DNA of 64,000 nt from Alphaproteobacteria bacterium (GCA_964291675.2 OZ219866.1:1376001-1440000), one strand, 5' to 3'. Positions 18,399-28,340 are shown, numbered from the stretch's first letter. The notes: generated from the sequence alone by a model not told the origin. Numbers and translations: made by a program.

Positions 18399-19520
18399 AT
18401 GCGACCGGGAAAGCCGCCGTTTCGCGCCGACCACATCGGCAGCCTGCTGCGCCCGCCGGAGCTGCAGCGCGCGCTGGAGGCCCACGAGCGCGGCGAGATT
18501 AGCGGCGAGGCGCGGCGCGAGATCGAGGACCGCTGCATCCGCGAGGTGGTGGCGCTGCAGGAGGAGACCGGCATCCCCACCGTGACCGACGGCGAGTTCC
18601 GCCGCTACGAGTTCCACACCCCGATCCTGACCCGCATCCAGGGCGTCGAGCTGACCGGAAGGGTCGAGTTCCACTTCCACTACGAGGACGAGGACATCGA
18701 ATACGCCCCGCCGGTGCTGGAGGTGACCGGCCGTCTGGGACATCCGCCGGGCGGGCTCGTGGTGGAGGATTACAGGTTCACCAGCGCGCTCACCGACCGC
18801 ACGGTCAAGATGTGCATCCCCTCGCCCACCTACATGTATGCCCGCGGCGGCTGGGCCGGGATCGACAGGGCGCTGTATCCCGACAAGGACGCGCTGATCG
18901 CCGGCCTCGCCGAGGTCTACGACGCCGAGCTGCATGCGCTGTGGCAAGCGGGCTGCGACTTCGTGCAGATCGACGACACCAACTTCGCGCATATGTGCGA
19001 CCCCAAGTTCCACGACCGCTACCGGCGCATCGGCGAGGACCCGGACGCGCTGCCTAGCTTCTATGCGAAGATCATCAACGCCTGCATCCGCAACCGGCCC
19101 GCCGGCCAGCGCGTCGGGCTGCATATGTGCCGCGGCAACGTGCGCGGCGCCTGGGTGGCGGAGGGCGGCTACGAGCCGGTCGCCGAGGCCTTGCTGAACG
19201 AGCTCGAAGTCGACGCCCTGTTCATGGAGTACGACGAGCCGAGGGCCGGCGACTTCACGCCGCTGCGCCATCTCGAACGCGACGACAAGCTGGTCGTGCT
19301 CGGGCTGATCACCACCAAGAAGGCGGCGCTCGAGCCCAGGGACGCGCTGAAGCGCCGCATCGACGAGGCCGCCCGCTACGTGCCCATGGAGCAGCTCGCG
19401 CTCAGCCCGCAATGCGGCTTCGCCAGCATCTACCAGGGCAACCCGATCGCCGAGGCCGACGAGATGGCGAAGCTCCGCCTCGTCGTCGACGTGGCCGGCG
19501 AGGTGTGGGGCGACGATTAG
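18399..19520 (+). CDS. Cobalamin-independent methionine synthase II family (short MetE-like)
   Basis: FRADHIGSLLRP, TDGEFRR, HMCRGN, LSPQCGFAS. Confidence 0.92.
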   Translation: MRPGKPPFRADHIGSLLRPPELQRALEAHERGEISGEARREIEDRCIREVVALQEETGIPTVTDGEFRRYEFHTPILTRIQGVELTGRVEFHFHYEDEDIEYAPPVLEVTGRLGHPPGGLVVEDYRFTSALTDRTVKMCIPSPTYMYARGGWAGIDRALYPDKDALIAGLAEVYDAELHALWQAGCDFVQIDDTNFAHMCDPKFHDRYRRIGEDPDALPSFYAKIINACIRNRPAGQRVGLHMCRGNVRGAWVAEGGYEPVAEALLNELEVDALFMEYDEPRAGDFTPLRHLERDDKLVVLGLITTKKAALEPRDALKRRIDEAARYVPMEQLALSPQCGFASIYQGNPIAEADEMAKLRLVVDVAGEVWGDD

Positions 19521-19630
19521 CCGTCCTTCGATACGCGGCTTCGCCGCTACTCAGGATGAGGGAAAGGTCTTGGGCCGCCCGCCCCACCCTCATCCTGAGT
19601 AGCCCCCGAGGGGGGCGTATCGAAGGACGG
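19521..19630. repeat. Family A inverted repeat element, copy 5, between convergent genes
   Basis: CCGTCCTTCGATACG..CTACTCAGGATGAGGG / CCCTCATCCTGAGTAG..GCGTATCGAAGGACGG. Confidence 0.92.
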
Positions 19631-19637
19631 GCCGGGC

Positions 19638-20453
19638 TCAGGCGATCCTGGCGTAGCCCGCGTCCTCGGCGGCGCGCTCGCGCTCGATCAGCGTGTCGAA
19701 CACCTCGCCCGACACCGGCTCGAAGCGGCTGAGCAGCAGCGCGTCGCGCGTCGCCGCCATCTCGGGCGCCGCGCCGAAGGCGAGCAGCGCATCGACCAGC
19801 CGCTGCCGGTCGGCGTCGCCCGCGGCGAGCGAGGTCACCATGGGCGGGATCGGCGCCGCCTCGGTGGTGGCGACCACGCGCACGCGGCCCGCCGAGTCCG
19901 GCTCGTGGTGGCGCAGGAGATCGAGCGCGAAGCCGTCCACCGCGGCGATTTCCGCCTCGCCCGCAGCGAGCGCGTCGAGCACCGCGCCCTGGCGCATATA
20001 GGGCCCGAGGACCGCGCCGAACAGCGCCGGCCGGTCGGCCGTCCGCCAGCCCAGCAGATGGTAGCGCGCCGCGTTGTAGCCCGATTGCGAGTGCTCGGTG
20101 GAGTAGGCGAAGCGGTGGCCGAACGTGTCTTCCAGGGTCTCGAACGGGCTGTCGGCGGGCACCACGAAGTCGCTGACATAGACCGCCCGGTCGCCGTAGC
20201 GCGGCGGCGCCGGCACCGGGGCGGCGAGCAGGCGCGGCGGCTCCGCGGCCAGCGCCCACGGGTAGCCGCACATCGCGACGCAGCCCATGTCGCCGCGCGC
20301 CCACAGCTCGTCGAGCCCCATCGGCACGTCGCGCGGGATGATCTCGTAGGCGACGCCGGCGGTCTCGCTCACCCAGCGCAGCAGCTCGCCCCAGGCGGTT
20401 CCGAGGCCGGGCGACCATTCGTAGAGCCGGGCCGAGCCGATCAACCCATCCAT
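19638..20453 (-). CDS. PhnD/SsuA/transferrin-family substrate-binding-like protein
   Basis: MCGYPW, YVSDFVV, HSQSGYNA, AAVDG motifs. Confidence 0.82.
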   Translation of the reverse strand: MDGLIGSARLYEWSPGLGTAWGELLRWVSETAGVAYEIIPRDVPMGLDELWARGDMGCVAMCGYPWALAAEPPRLLAAPVPAPPRYGDRAVYVSDFVVPADSPFETLEDTFGHRFAYSTEHSQSGYNAARYHLLGWRTADRPALFGAVLGPYMRQGAVLDALAAGEAEIAAVDGFALDLLRHHEPDSAGRVRVVATTEAAPIPPMVTSLAAGDADRQRLVDALLAFGAAPEMAATRDALLLSRFEPVSGEVFDTLIERERAAEDAGYARIA

Positions 20454-20567
20454 CGCGACACCTCCCCGCGGCCGGACGGCGGCGCGCGACCGGCCACCGT
20501 CTTGCATGCGTTTTTCGGGCGCCGCTAAACTGAATCAGGTTACCGCAAATCGGCGGGGAGGACATCC

Positions 20568-21851
20568 ATGCAGCCTGACGCCTACGGGCTTTCGCTCGCG
20601 ACCGACTCGCGGGACGCCGCGCAGGCCTTCGACCGGGGGGTGAAGGGGCTGTTGTCCTGGGACGCCCGGTCCGTGGGCTTCTTCCGCGACTCGGCCGCCG
20701 GGGATGCCGGTCTCGCCGCCGCCCATGCCGGTCTCGCCGTGGCCCATTTCGTCGAGGAGGAGTTCGCCGAGGCGCGGGACGCGATGGCGGCGGCCCGGCA
20801 AGCGGCCGCACGGGGTTCGGAGCGCGAGCAGAGCCTGGTGGCCGCGCTCGACCGCTATGTGAACCTGCGCGCGCGCGATGCCGAGGCGGCGATGCGCGCC
20901 CATCTCGGCGCCTGGCCGACCGACCTGATGATCGCCCAGCGGCTCTATCTGATGTGGTTCTTCCAGGGTCGCTTCGCCGACATGCGGGAGCTGTCGGAGA
21001 CATTGCTCGTCGCGCTGCCCGACGACGCCTTCGTGCACGGCTTCCTCGCCTTCGTCCTGGAGGAGCAGGGCGAGGGCGAGGAAGCCGTGCGCTGGGCCGA
21101 GCGCTGCATCGCGCGGAACCCGGAGGACACCTGGGGCGTGCACGCGCTGACCCATGCGCTCTACGACCTGGAGGCCTATGACGAGGCGCTGGAGCGGGTG
21201 CCGCCGGCGCTCGATGCCTGCGTCCACATGAACTACTACCGCAACCACATGCTGTGGCACCTGGTGCTGTTCCGCATCGCGGTCGGCGGCTACGAGCAGG
21301 CCTCCGATATGTGCCGCGACTGGTTCGAGGCCGAGCCGTCGGCGCGCGGGCTCGACCTGCGCAACACGGTCTCCACGCTGTGGCGGTTCGAGCTGTTCGG
21401 CATGGAGCCCGGCGAGCGCTGGCAGCCCTTCGTCGATATCCTCAAGCGCCAGCTCGACCGGCCCGAGGACTCGCCCTTCCACCACGCCCATGTCGGCATG
21501 GCGCTCGCCGGCGGGCGCGACTGGGACGCGGCGGAGGCGCATCTCGACATATTGCGCGCGCGCGGCCGGGCATCGGGCAACGACATCTGGGAGCGGGTGG
21601 TGATCCCCCTCAACGAGGCGCAGCACGCCTTCGTCCGCGGCGAGTGGGATCGGGCGGTCGCGAAGACCGAGCCGATCTGGGACGAGATCGTCCGGCTCGG
21701 TGGCAGCAAGACCCAGCGCGACGCGTTCCACGACACCCTGCTGGAGGCGGCGCTCAGGGCGGGCGATGCCGGCCGCGCCAGGCGCTGGCTCGACGAGCGC
21801 CTGACCCGCCGCGCCGAGCATTTCTGGAGCAACCGCCGGCAGCACGCGTAG
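20568..21851 (+). CDS. TPR protein, TTC38-like
   Basis: GFLAFVLEEQG, DTWGVHALTH, NHMLWHL, RLGGSKTQRD. Confidence 0.82.
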   Translation: MQPDAYGLSLATDSRDAAQAFDRGVKGLLSWDARSVGFFRDSAAGDAGLAAAHAGLAVAHFVEEEFAEARDAMAAARQAAARGSEREQSLVAALDRYVNLRARDAEAAMRAHLGAWPTDLMIAQRLYLMWFFQGRFADMRELSETLLVALPDDAFVHGFLAFVLEEQGEGEEAVRWAERCIARNPEDTWGVHALTHALYDLEAYDEALERVPPALDACVHMNYYRNHMLWHLVLFRIAVGGYEQASDMCRDWFEAEPSARGLDLRNTVSTLWRFELFGMEPGERWQPFVDILKRQLDRPEDSPFHHAHVGMALAGGRDWDAAEAHLDILRARGRASGNDIWERVVIPLNEAQHAFVRGEWDRAVAKTEPIWDEIVRLGGSKTQRDAFHDTLLEAALRAGDAGRARRWLDERLTRRAEHFWSNRRQHA

Positions 21852-21886
21852 GCGTCTGGCGTATCCGGGCCGGCGTCCCCTTGGCG

Positions 21887-22624
21887 ATGACCCAGACCAA
21901 CGATCCCTGGTGGAGCCCCTGGCGCGAGGTCGAGGGCGCGACCGTCCTTCGCGTGGACCTCGCCCCGGACGCCGGCCGGGAGGCGGAGGCCGCCTCCCTG
22001 CTCGACGACGCCGAGAGGGAGCGCCGGCGCCGCTTCCTGTCGCAGCGCGCGCGGCGCGAATTCGCGCTCTGCCGGGCGGCGCTCCGCGTCAGCCTGGCCG
22101 AGCGTCTGGGCTGCGCCGTCCGACAGCTTTCCTTCGACCGGCTGGAGCACGGCAAGCCCCTCGCCAGGGTGGCCGGCCGGCCCGTCGACGCGGCGTTCAA
22201 TGTCAGCCACAGCGGCCGCCACGGGCTGATCGCGATCGCCGGGCGCGGCTGTCTCGGCGTCGACGTGGAGGAGCGCATCGCGCAGCGCGATTTCCTTGGC
22301 ATCGGCGGCCTGGTCTACGGCGCGGCGGAGCGGCGGTTGCTGCGGGATGCCGCGGGGCGGGAGAGGGTGCATCTGTTCTATCGGCTGTGGAGCATGAAGG
22401 AGGCGCTGATCAAGGCCCTCGGCACCGGGTTTTCGCTGAGCCCGGCCGGTTTCCAGCTTCCCGCGCCGATGCTGCGCGGCGCCCGGTCGGGCGTGTTTCG
22501 CTTCCCGCATCTGCCGTCGGAGAGCTGGCGCCTGCTGGATCTGGGCGAGCCGCGCTTCGCCGCCGCGCTCGCCTACAGGCTGCCGCCTCCGTCCGGCGCG
22601 GACCCGGCGCCGCCCGGCGCGTGA
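21887..22624 (+). CDS. 4'-phosphopantetheinyl transferase (Sfp type)
   Basis: HGKP, FNVSHSG, LGVDVE, FYRLWSMKEALIKALGTG. Confidence 0.93.
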   Translation: MTQTNDPWWSPWREVEGATVLRVDLAPDAGREAEAASLLDDAERERRRRFLSQRARREFALCRAALRVSLAERLGCAVRQLSFDRLEHGKPLARVAGRPVDAAFNVSHSGRHGLIAIAGRGCLGVDVEERIAQRDFLGIGGLVYGAAERRLLRDAAGRERVHLFYRLWSMKEALIKALGTGFSLSPAGFQLPAPMLRGARSGVFRFPHLPSESWRLLDLGEPRFAAALAYRLPPPSGADPAPPGA

Positions 22625-22648
22625 GCGCGGCGGCGCCAAACGCCCCTC

Positions 22649-22890
22649 CCCTGATCCCGGCTACGCCGCGCAGGGGCCGTATCGAGGAACGGGCCGGGCC
22701 GCCCGGCCATCGCCGCGTGCCGCCCGTTGCGGGAAACGACGCCGGCAAGGAAACCCCCGAACGTCGGCAGCATCGAGAGATCGAAGGCCGCTTCGATGCG
22801 GCTCGGGCGCGGCCGGGAAGCGGCGCATCGCGAGCCTGCCCTGAGCTTGTCGACGGCGACGCCTCCGCCGCATCGGTTCCATCCGAAACG
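22649..22890. repeat. Degenerate family A repeat fragments
   Basis: CCCTGATCCCGG...CCGTATCGAGGAACG, plus tail GCCGCATCGGTTCCATCC shared with 1355-1372. Confidence 0.55.
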
Positions 22891-22978
22891 GGTACGCCCC
22901 GTCCCCGGGGGACGCGGGAACCGGCAGTTCCCGCGACCGGACGGCGCGGGACTCACCGGTCAGGGACTTGGCGCGCGG

Positions 22979-23034
22979 TCTTCGCGCGATGGATAGGTCA
23001 ACAATGTTGACCGATGTTTCACATGAAACATTAG
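22979..23034. promoter_or_regulatory. 56-bp element with a parS-like site (23015-23030) and palindrome GGTCAAC-N3-GTTGACC (22996-23012)
   Basis: TGTTTCACATGAAACA is one mismatch from the parS consensus; inverted copy at 29355-29410. Confidence 0.85.
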
Positions 23035-23041
23035 GCCCGCG

Positions 23042-23998
23042 TCACTCGGCGGCGGCGGGCTCGTGGAGGTCGTCCTCGACCAGATGCGGCTTGTGGGCGC
23101 CGTGCGAGACGGCGCCGGCGATCAGCTTCTTCGGTTTCTGCACCGTCGCCGGGTCGGCCGCCGCGACGCCGGCCGGGCGCGTGCCCTTGATCGTCACCCG
23201 GTCCATGATCCGCGTCGCCGGCCAGTAGTCGTGCACCGCGTAGTGCTGCACCGAGCGGTTGTCCCACAGCGCCAGCGTGTGCGGGCGCCAGTGCAGCCGG
23301 TACTGGAGCTCCGGGATCAGCGCCTGGTGGAACAGCGTGTCCAGCAGCGAGGCGCTCTCGCGCTCGTCCATGTCCTTGATGCGGATGGTGAATTGCGGGT
23401 TGACGAACAGCACCCGCCGGCCGGTCACCGGGTGGATGCGGACCACCGGGTGGGTTATCGGCGGGTAGATCGCCTCGAAGCGCCGCAGCTGCTCGCGGTC
23501 CTCCGGCGTGTCCTCGAAGATCTGCTTGAACGGCTTCATGTCGTGGATTGCCTGGAGCCCGTCGATCAGCCCGCGCAGGCGCGCGCTGAGACCCTCATAG
23601 GCGGCCGACATCGAGGCGAACACGGTGTCGCCGCCGATTTCCGGCACCACCTTGGCCGAGAGCGCGGTCGCCATCGGCGGGGCGGCGCGGAAGGTCTCGT
23701 CGGAATGCCACACATCGGTGCCGAAGGGCGGCGTGTCGGCGTCGTTCTCGAAGCGGATCAGCGCCGGCGTGTCCTCGACATGCGGCGCGAAGGGGTGGAC
23801 CGAGAGCTCGCCGAAGCGCTCGCCGAAGGCCATCAGCTGGTCCGAGTCGATCTCCTGGCCGCGGAAGATCAGCAGCTGGTGCTCGGCGAGCCCGTCATGG
23901 ATCGCATCGCGCGCCGCGTCGTCGAGGGGCCGGGCGAGGTCGACGCCCTCGACCTCGGCGGCCAGGCTGGCGCCCACCCGGCGGAAGGAAATGCCCAT
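23042..23998 (-). CDS. TauD/TfdA family Fe(II)/2-oxoglutarate dioxygenase
   Basis: WHSDETF, GGDTVFAS, HPVVRIHPVTGR, WDNRSVQHYA. Confidence 0.95.
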   Translation of the reverse strand: MGISFRRVGASLAAEVEGVDLARPLDDAARDAIHDGLAEHQLLIFRGQEIDSDQLMAFGERFGELSVHPFAPHVEDTPALIRFENDADTPPFGTDVWHSDETFRAAPPMATALSAKVVPEIGGDTVFASMSAAYEGLSARLRGLIDGLQAIHDMKPFKQIFEDTPEDREQLRRFEAIYPPITHPVVRIHPVTGRRVLFVNPQFTIRIKDMDERESASLLDTLFHQALIPELQYRLHWRPHTLALWDNRSVQHYAVHDYWPATRIMDRVTIKGTRPAGVAAADPATVQKPKKLIAGAVSHGAHKPHLVEDDLHEPAAAE

Positions 23999-24041
23999 CG
24001 CGGCCTCCCCGGTTTCCCGTCCCAGACTAGCGGAGATCGCC

Positions 24042-25364
24042 TCAGTCGGCCAACAGCGCCGGCATCACCAGGGTGAGCGCCGGGAAGACCACGATCAGCA
24101 CCACCCTCAGCGCATCCGAGGCGAGGAACGGGACCACCCCCTTGAAAGTCTCGATCATCGGCACGTCGCGCGCCATCGAGTTGATGACGAACACGTTGAG
24201 CCCGACCGGCGGGGTGATCAGCCCGACCTCGACGACGATCAGGGTGATGATCCCAAACCACAGCTTGGTCTCCTCCGGGCCGAGGCCGTAATCGAGCCCG
24301 GCGATGATCGGCCAGAAGATCGGCACCGTGAGGAGGATCATCGAGAGCGAGTCCATCACGAAGCCGAGCACGATGTAGAGCACCACCATGCCGGCGAGCA
24401 CGACCAGCGGCGCCAGCCCCGAGTGCTGGAAGTAGTCGGCGGCGAAGATCGGCAGCTGGGAGAAGCCGAGAAAGGCGTTGAACACCGCGGCTCCCAGCAG
24501 GATCAGGAAGATCATCGCCGTCGTCGTCGCGGTGCCGAGCAGCGCCTCGACGGTCCCTTCGACGCGCATCCGCCCCTTGGTGACGGCGATCAGGAAGGTG
24601 CCGACCGCGCCCACCGCCGCCGCCTCGGTGGGGGTGAAGATGCCGGCATAGATGCCGCCCATCACCAGCAGGAAGATCACCAGCACCGGCCAGATGTCGA
24701 CCAGCGCCGCCCATTGCTCGGACGCCGCCGCCCTGATGCCGGCGGGGCCGGCCTCCGGGTTGACCCGCACCACGATGGCGATCGCCAGGATGTAGCCGAT
24801 GGCGGCCAGCACGCCCGGGATGAAGGCCGCCTGGAACAGCGTCGCCACGTTGGCCTCGACCATCACGGCGTAGATGATCAGCACGATCGAGGGCGGGATC
24901 AGGATGCCCAGCGTGCCGCCGGCGGCGAGCGCCCCGGTGGCGAGCGAGCCGGCGTAGTTGTAGCGCCTGAGCTCGGGCAGCGCGACCTGGCCCATGATCG
25001 CCGCGGTGGCGAGCGAGGAGCCCGAGATCGAGGCGAAGCCGGCGCAGCCGCCCACGGCGGCCATGGCGATGCCGCCGCGCCGGTGGCCGAGCCACGCATT
25101 GGCGGCGCGGAACAGCGACTGGCTGATCCCCGCCTTGGCGGCGAACTGCCCCATCAGCAGGAACAGCGGCACCACCGAGAGGTCGTCGTTGGTGAAGCGC
25201 CAGTAGGTCTCGGTCTTGAGGTAGGAGAGCAGCGCCGAGGAGCCGGCGATCGACACGTAGCCGACGACGCCCACGCTCAGCATGGCGACGCCGATCGGGA
25301 TGCGGAAGGCGAGCAGCAGCAGGAGCGCCGCGAAGCCGATCCCGCCGATCGCCAGCCCGCTCAT
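24042..25364 (-). CDS. dctM: TRAP transporter large permease
   Basis: SGSSLATA, GGTLGILIPPS, FTPTEAAA, GLITPPVGLN. Confidence 0.95.
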   Translation of the reverse strand: MSGLAIGGIGFAALLLLLAFRIPIGVAMLSVGVVGYVSIAGSSALLSYLKTETYWRFTNDDLSVVPLFLLMGQFAAKAGISQSLFRAANAWLGHRRGGIAMAAVGGCAGFASISGSSLATAAIMGQVALPELRRYNYAGSLATGALAAGGTLGILIPPSIVLIIYAVMVEANVATLFQAAFIPGVLAAIGYILAIAIVVRVNPEAGPAGIRAAASEQWAALVDIWPVLVIFLLVMGGIYAGIFTPTEAAAVGAVGTFLIAVTKGRMRVEGTVEALLGTATTTAMIFLILLGAAVFNAFLGFSQLPIFAADYFQHSGLAPLVVLAGMVVLYIVLGFVMDSLSMILLTVPIFWPIIAGLDYGLGPEETKLWFGIITLIVVEVGLITPPVGLNVFVINSMARDVPMIETFKGVVPFLASDALRVVLIVVFPALTLVMPALLAD

Positions 25365-25368
25365 CGCC

Positions 25369-25914
25369 TCAGCCGTCCTCGCCGTCGAGGAAGCGGCCCG
25401 CGCGCATCTCGCGGACGCTGCGCCAGACGGTGTAGGCGGTGACCGCGATCAGGAACCCCATCAGAGCCACCGAGACCGGGAAGGTGGTCCAGCGCGGGAA
25501 GTTGAGCGTGATCGAGAGCTCGTTGTACTGGCGCATGTCGATCCCGCCATAGACCATGCGCCAGGTGAGCAGCGCGCCGAGAGCGACATAGAGCATGCCG
25601 CCCACGGCGTCGCACAGCGCCTTGGCGCGCACCGGCGCCCGGTCCATGAAGAAGTCGACGATGACGTTGCCGCGGGTGAGCTGGCACCACGGCAGGAAGG
25701 CGAAGACGGCGATCCCGGTGCCGATGGCGACGATCTCGAAATCGCCGCGGATCGGCGCCGAGAACGCGGCCCGGCCGGCGATGCTGACCGCCGTCAGCAG
25801 GGCCATCGCCGACAGGATCGCCCCGCCCAGGATCGCCAGCCAGCGGGCGGCCGCGTAGAGCAGCCGGCCCACCGCGTCGGTGGGCCGGCCGGCGCCTTCA
25901 ACCGGCTCCGCCAT
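25369..25914 (-). CDS. dctQ: TRAP transporter small permease
   Basis: Four TM helices, GDFEIV, RGNVIVDFF; lies between dctP and dctM. Confidence 0.92.
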   Translation of the reverse strand: MAEPVEGAGRPTDAVGRLLYAAARWLAILGGAILSAMALLTAVSIAGRAAFSAPIRGDFEIVAIGTGIAVFAFLPWCQLTRGNVIVDFFMDRAPVRAKALCDAVGGMLYVALGALLTWRMVYGGIDMRQYNELSITLNFPRWTTFPVSVALMGFLIAVTAYTVWRSVREMRAGRFLDGEDG

Positions 25915-25932
25915 CGTCGGCGGCGGCGGGTG

Positions 25933-26979
25933 CTACTTCGCGTACTTGTCGATCAGCGCGCGCGCATCGGCCAGCAGCGCCGGGCCGTCGACGCCGATCT
26001 TCTTCATCGAGGCGAACCACTGGTCGAACACCGGCTTGGCGGCGGCCTTCATCTTGGCCACCTCGTCGGCCGGGATGGTGTAGAACTTGTTCTTCTTGCG
26101 CGCCTGGATGACCTTGAGCCCGGGCTCCTCGATATCGACCCAGTTCTGCCCGGCCCATTGCGCGATGTTGCGCCCCGCATTGTCGTCGATCGCCTTCTTC
26201 ATCTCCTTGGACAGCTTGTCGTAGCTCTTCTTGTTCATCAGGAAGGTGAAGATGCTGGTGCTGAGCCTGGGCCGGTCGCCGGCGAGCACCGAGAAATGGC
26301 TTACCAGGTCCTGGGTCTTGACCGCCGGCGCGATCTCGTAGGGCAGCGTCACCCCGTCGATCACCCCCTTGGACAAAGCGGGCGGGATGCGCGGCAGCGG
26401 CATCCCGAGACCGGCCGCGCCGAACGCCTCGAGAAGCTGGACCGTGCTGCGCGTGGCGGCGCGGATCTTGAGCCCCTTGAGGTCGGCCATCGAGCGGATC
26501 GGCTTCTTGGTCTGGAACATGAAGCCCTGGTGCACGTGCACCAGCAGCGGGTGGTAGTCCTTGAGGTCGGTGTCGACGAGGTGCTTGTCCCCGTAATCCT
26601 GCAACGCCAGCGTGGTCGACAGCGCGTCCTTGTGGACGAAGGGCAGCTCGAACGGCTCGACCCTCGGCATCCGCCCGGGCGTGTAGCCCGGCAGCGTCCA
26701 GCCGATGTCGACCACCCCGTCGCGCACCTGGTCGAGAAGCTGGGTCGGCTTGCCGCCGAGCTGCATCGACCAGAAGATCTGCACCTTGAGCTTGCCGCCC
26801 GAGGACTCGCTCACCTTCTCGGCCCAGGGCTTCATGAAGGTCTTGGACGGGTTGGCGACGGGCGGGATGAAGGTGTGCATGCGGAGCGTCACCTCGGCCG
26901 CCCCGGCCTGGCCGCCGAGGCCGAGCAGCGGCAGCACGATTGCCGCGGCGACGGCCGCGGCGAGTCCTGATCTGTTCAT
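25933..26979 (-). CDS. dctP: TRAP transporter substrate-binding protein
   Basis: Signal peptide, QLGGKP, DGVVDIGWTLPGYTPGR, DLKGLKIR. Confidence 0.94.
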   Translation of the reverse strand: MNRSGLAAAVAAAIVLPLLGLGGQAGAAEVTLRMHTFIPPVANPSKTFMKPWAEKVSESSGGKLKVQIFWSMQLGGKPTQLLDQVRDGVVDIGWTLPGYTPGRMPRVEPFELPFVHKDALSTTLALQDYGDKHLVDTDLKDYHPLLVHVHQGFMFQTKKPIRSMADLKGLKIRAATRSTVQLLEAFGAAGLGMPLPRIPPALSKGVIDGVTLPYEIAPAVKTQDLVSHFSVLAGDRPRLSTSIFTFLMNKKSYDKLSKEMKKAIDDNAGRNIAQWAGQNWVDIEEPGLKVIQARKKNKFYTIPADEVAKMKAAAKPVFDQWFASMKKIGVDGPALLADARALIDKYAK

Positions 26980-27013
26980 TGTTCGCTCTCCCGTGGTTTC
27001 TTGCGTGAAGCCG

Positions 27014-27424
27014 TCAGTCGGCGCGACCGGCCAGCGCCAGCAGCGCGTCCTCCCAGTCGCCCCGGCTGAAGGTCATGATGCGCAGCGGCTCGCCCGGCGT
27101 CCAGCAGATGTCGAAGGCGACCAGCGGCGGCGCCACCGTCAGCCGGTAGGCGCCGCGCCAGCCGGGGTCCTTCGGGATCTCGGTCGGCAGCACGGTCTCG
27201 GCCGGGATCGCGGCCGGCAGGTCGGGACCGGCGCAGCTTATCTCGAAGTCCTGGCCGTCGGAGGTTGCGGTCTGGAAGCGCCAGCCCGCCGCCGCCCGCT
27301 CGCCGTCGCGCGCCAGCGCCGCGAGCGCCGCCTCGGCGAGCCGGGTCAGCGCCGGGGCGGTCGGGGTCGCCGTCCCCTCGGCGTCGATATGGCGGTAGGA
27401 GCGGGCGCTGGAGCTACCGCTCGC
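27014..27424 (-). CDS. Hypothetical protein (~136 aa) with no canonical start codon near its 5' end
   Basis: Open frame with host-like G/C third positions filling the gap: ..RSYRHIDAEG...WRGAYRLTVAPPLVAFDICWTPGEPLRIMTFSRGDWE..; absent from the ORF track. Confidence 0.65.
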   Translation of the reverse strand, partial: ASGSSSARSYRHIDAEGTATPTAPALTRLAEAALAALARDGERAAAGWRFQTATSDGQDFEISCAGPDLPAAIPAETVLPTEIPKDPGWRGAYRLTVAPPLVAFDICWTPGEPLRIMTFSRGDWEDALLALAGRAD

Positions 27425-28340
27425 CCTTGGGGGTCTTATAGCCCTCCTCCTTGCGGATCTTCATGTATTGGCGGAACACGTCGCGCTTCTCCGCGTCGCC
27501 GTTCTCCTTGTAGATGTAGGGGCAGACATCGACGCAGATATGGCAGTAGGACTCGCGGAAGCGCGAGATCGGGTAGCACTTGTCGATGTCGGTCAGCCAG
27601 CGCTTGATGCCGTCGGTGGTGATATAGCCGTCCGGGATCGCATCGCCCGGGCAGTTGTTGCGGCAGAGATTGCACGACATGCAGTAGTCCTGCACGCCGA
27701 ACTCGTAGGGCTCGTCATAGGCGACCGGCAGGTCGGTGGTGACGAAGCCCGGGCGGAAATTGGCGCCGAGCTCGGGGTGGATCAGGCTGCCGTGCCGGCC
27801 GAGCTCGCCGAAGCCGACCGCGTAGAACACCGGGATCGCCTGGATCTGGAACGACCCGTTGTGGTGCGCGACGGCGGGGTAGCCGAGCTCCTCGCGGATC
27901 TGGCGGGCGAGCTCGGTGGCGATGTCGGCGCATTTGGCATAGGTCGACATCGCCTCGAGGTCGACCGCGTCGGGGCTCTCGATCGACTTGCGGTAGTCCT
28001 CGTAGCAGATCGTCGCGATGACGTTCCTGTGCTCGATCTCGGCGCCGAGCTCGACGAACTCGGGGCGGAGCGCGCACATCCCGACATCCGCCGCGCCGAG
28101 CGCCCGGGCGCGCCGCTTGATGTCGGCGGCCATCGCCGCCTCGTCGGCGACTTCGACCCGCTCCGGGTTGACCGGCCCGTCGCGCAGCGGCACCAGGTCG
28201 TTCCAGTGCTTCATCGCCGCGTCGCGCTCGGGGAAGGAGCGCTGCCAGAGCGGCACGTCCTCCATGTCGCGGTCGCGAAGCGCGGCGCAGAGCAGCGCGT
28301 CCTGCATGCCCTGCTCGCGTATCCAGCTCGTGCCCTTCAC
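27414..28340 (-). CDS. Reductive dehalogenase/QueG-like cobalamin and 2x[4Fe-4S] protein
   Basis: IKRRARALGAADVG, GFGELGRHGSLIHPELG, VTTDLP, CxxCxxCxxxCP and C..CxxCxxxCP motifs. Confidence 0.82.
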   Translation of the reverse strand: MKGTSWIREQGMQDALLCAALRDRDMEDVPLWQRSFPERDAAMKHWNDLVPLRDGPVNPERVEVADEAAMAADIKRRARALGAADVGMCALRPEFVELGAEIEHRNVIATICYEDYRKSIESPDAVDLEAMSTYAKCADIATELARQIREELGYPAVAHHNGSFQIQAIPVFYAVGFGELGRHGSLIHPELGANFRPGFVTTDLPVAYDEPYEFGVQDYCMSCNLCRNNCPGDAIPDGYITTDGIKRWLTDIDKCYPISRFRESYCHICVDVCPYIYKENGDAEKRDVFRQYMKIRKEEGYKTPKGER

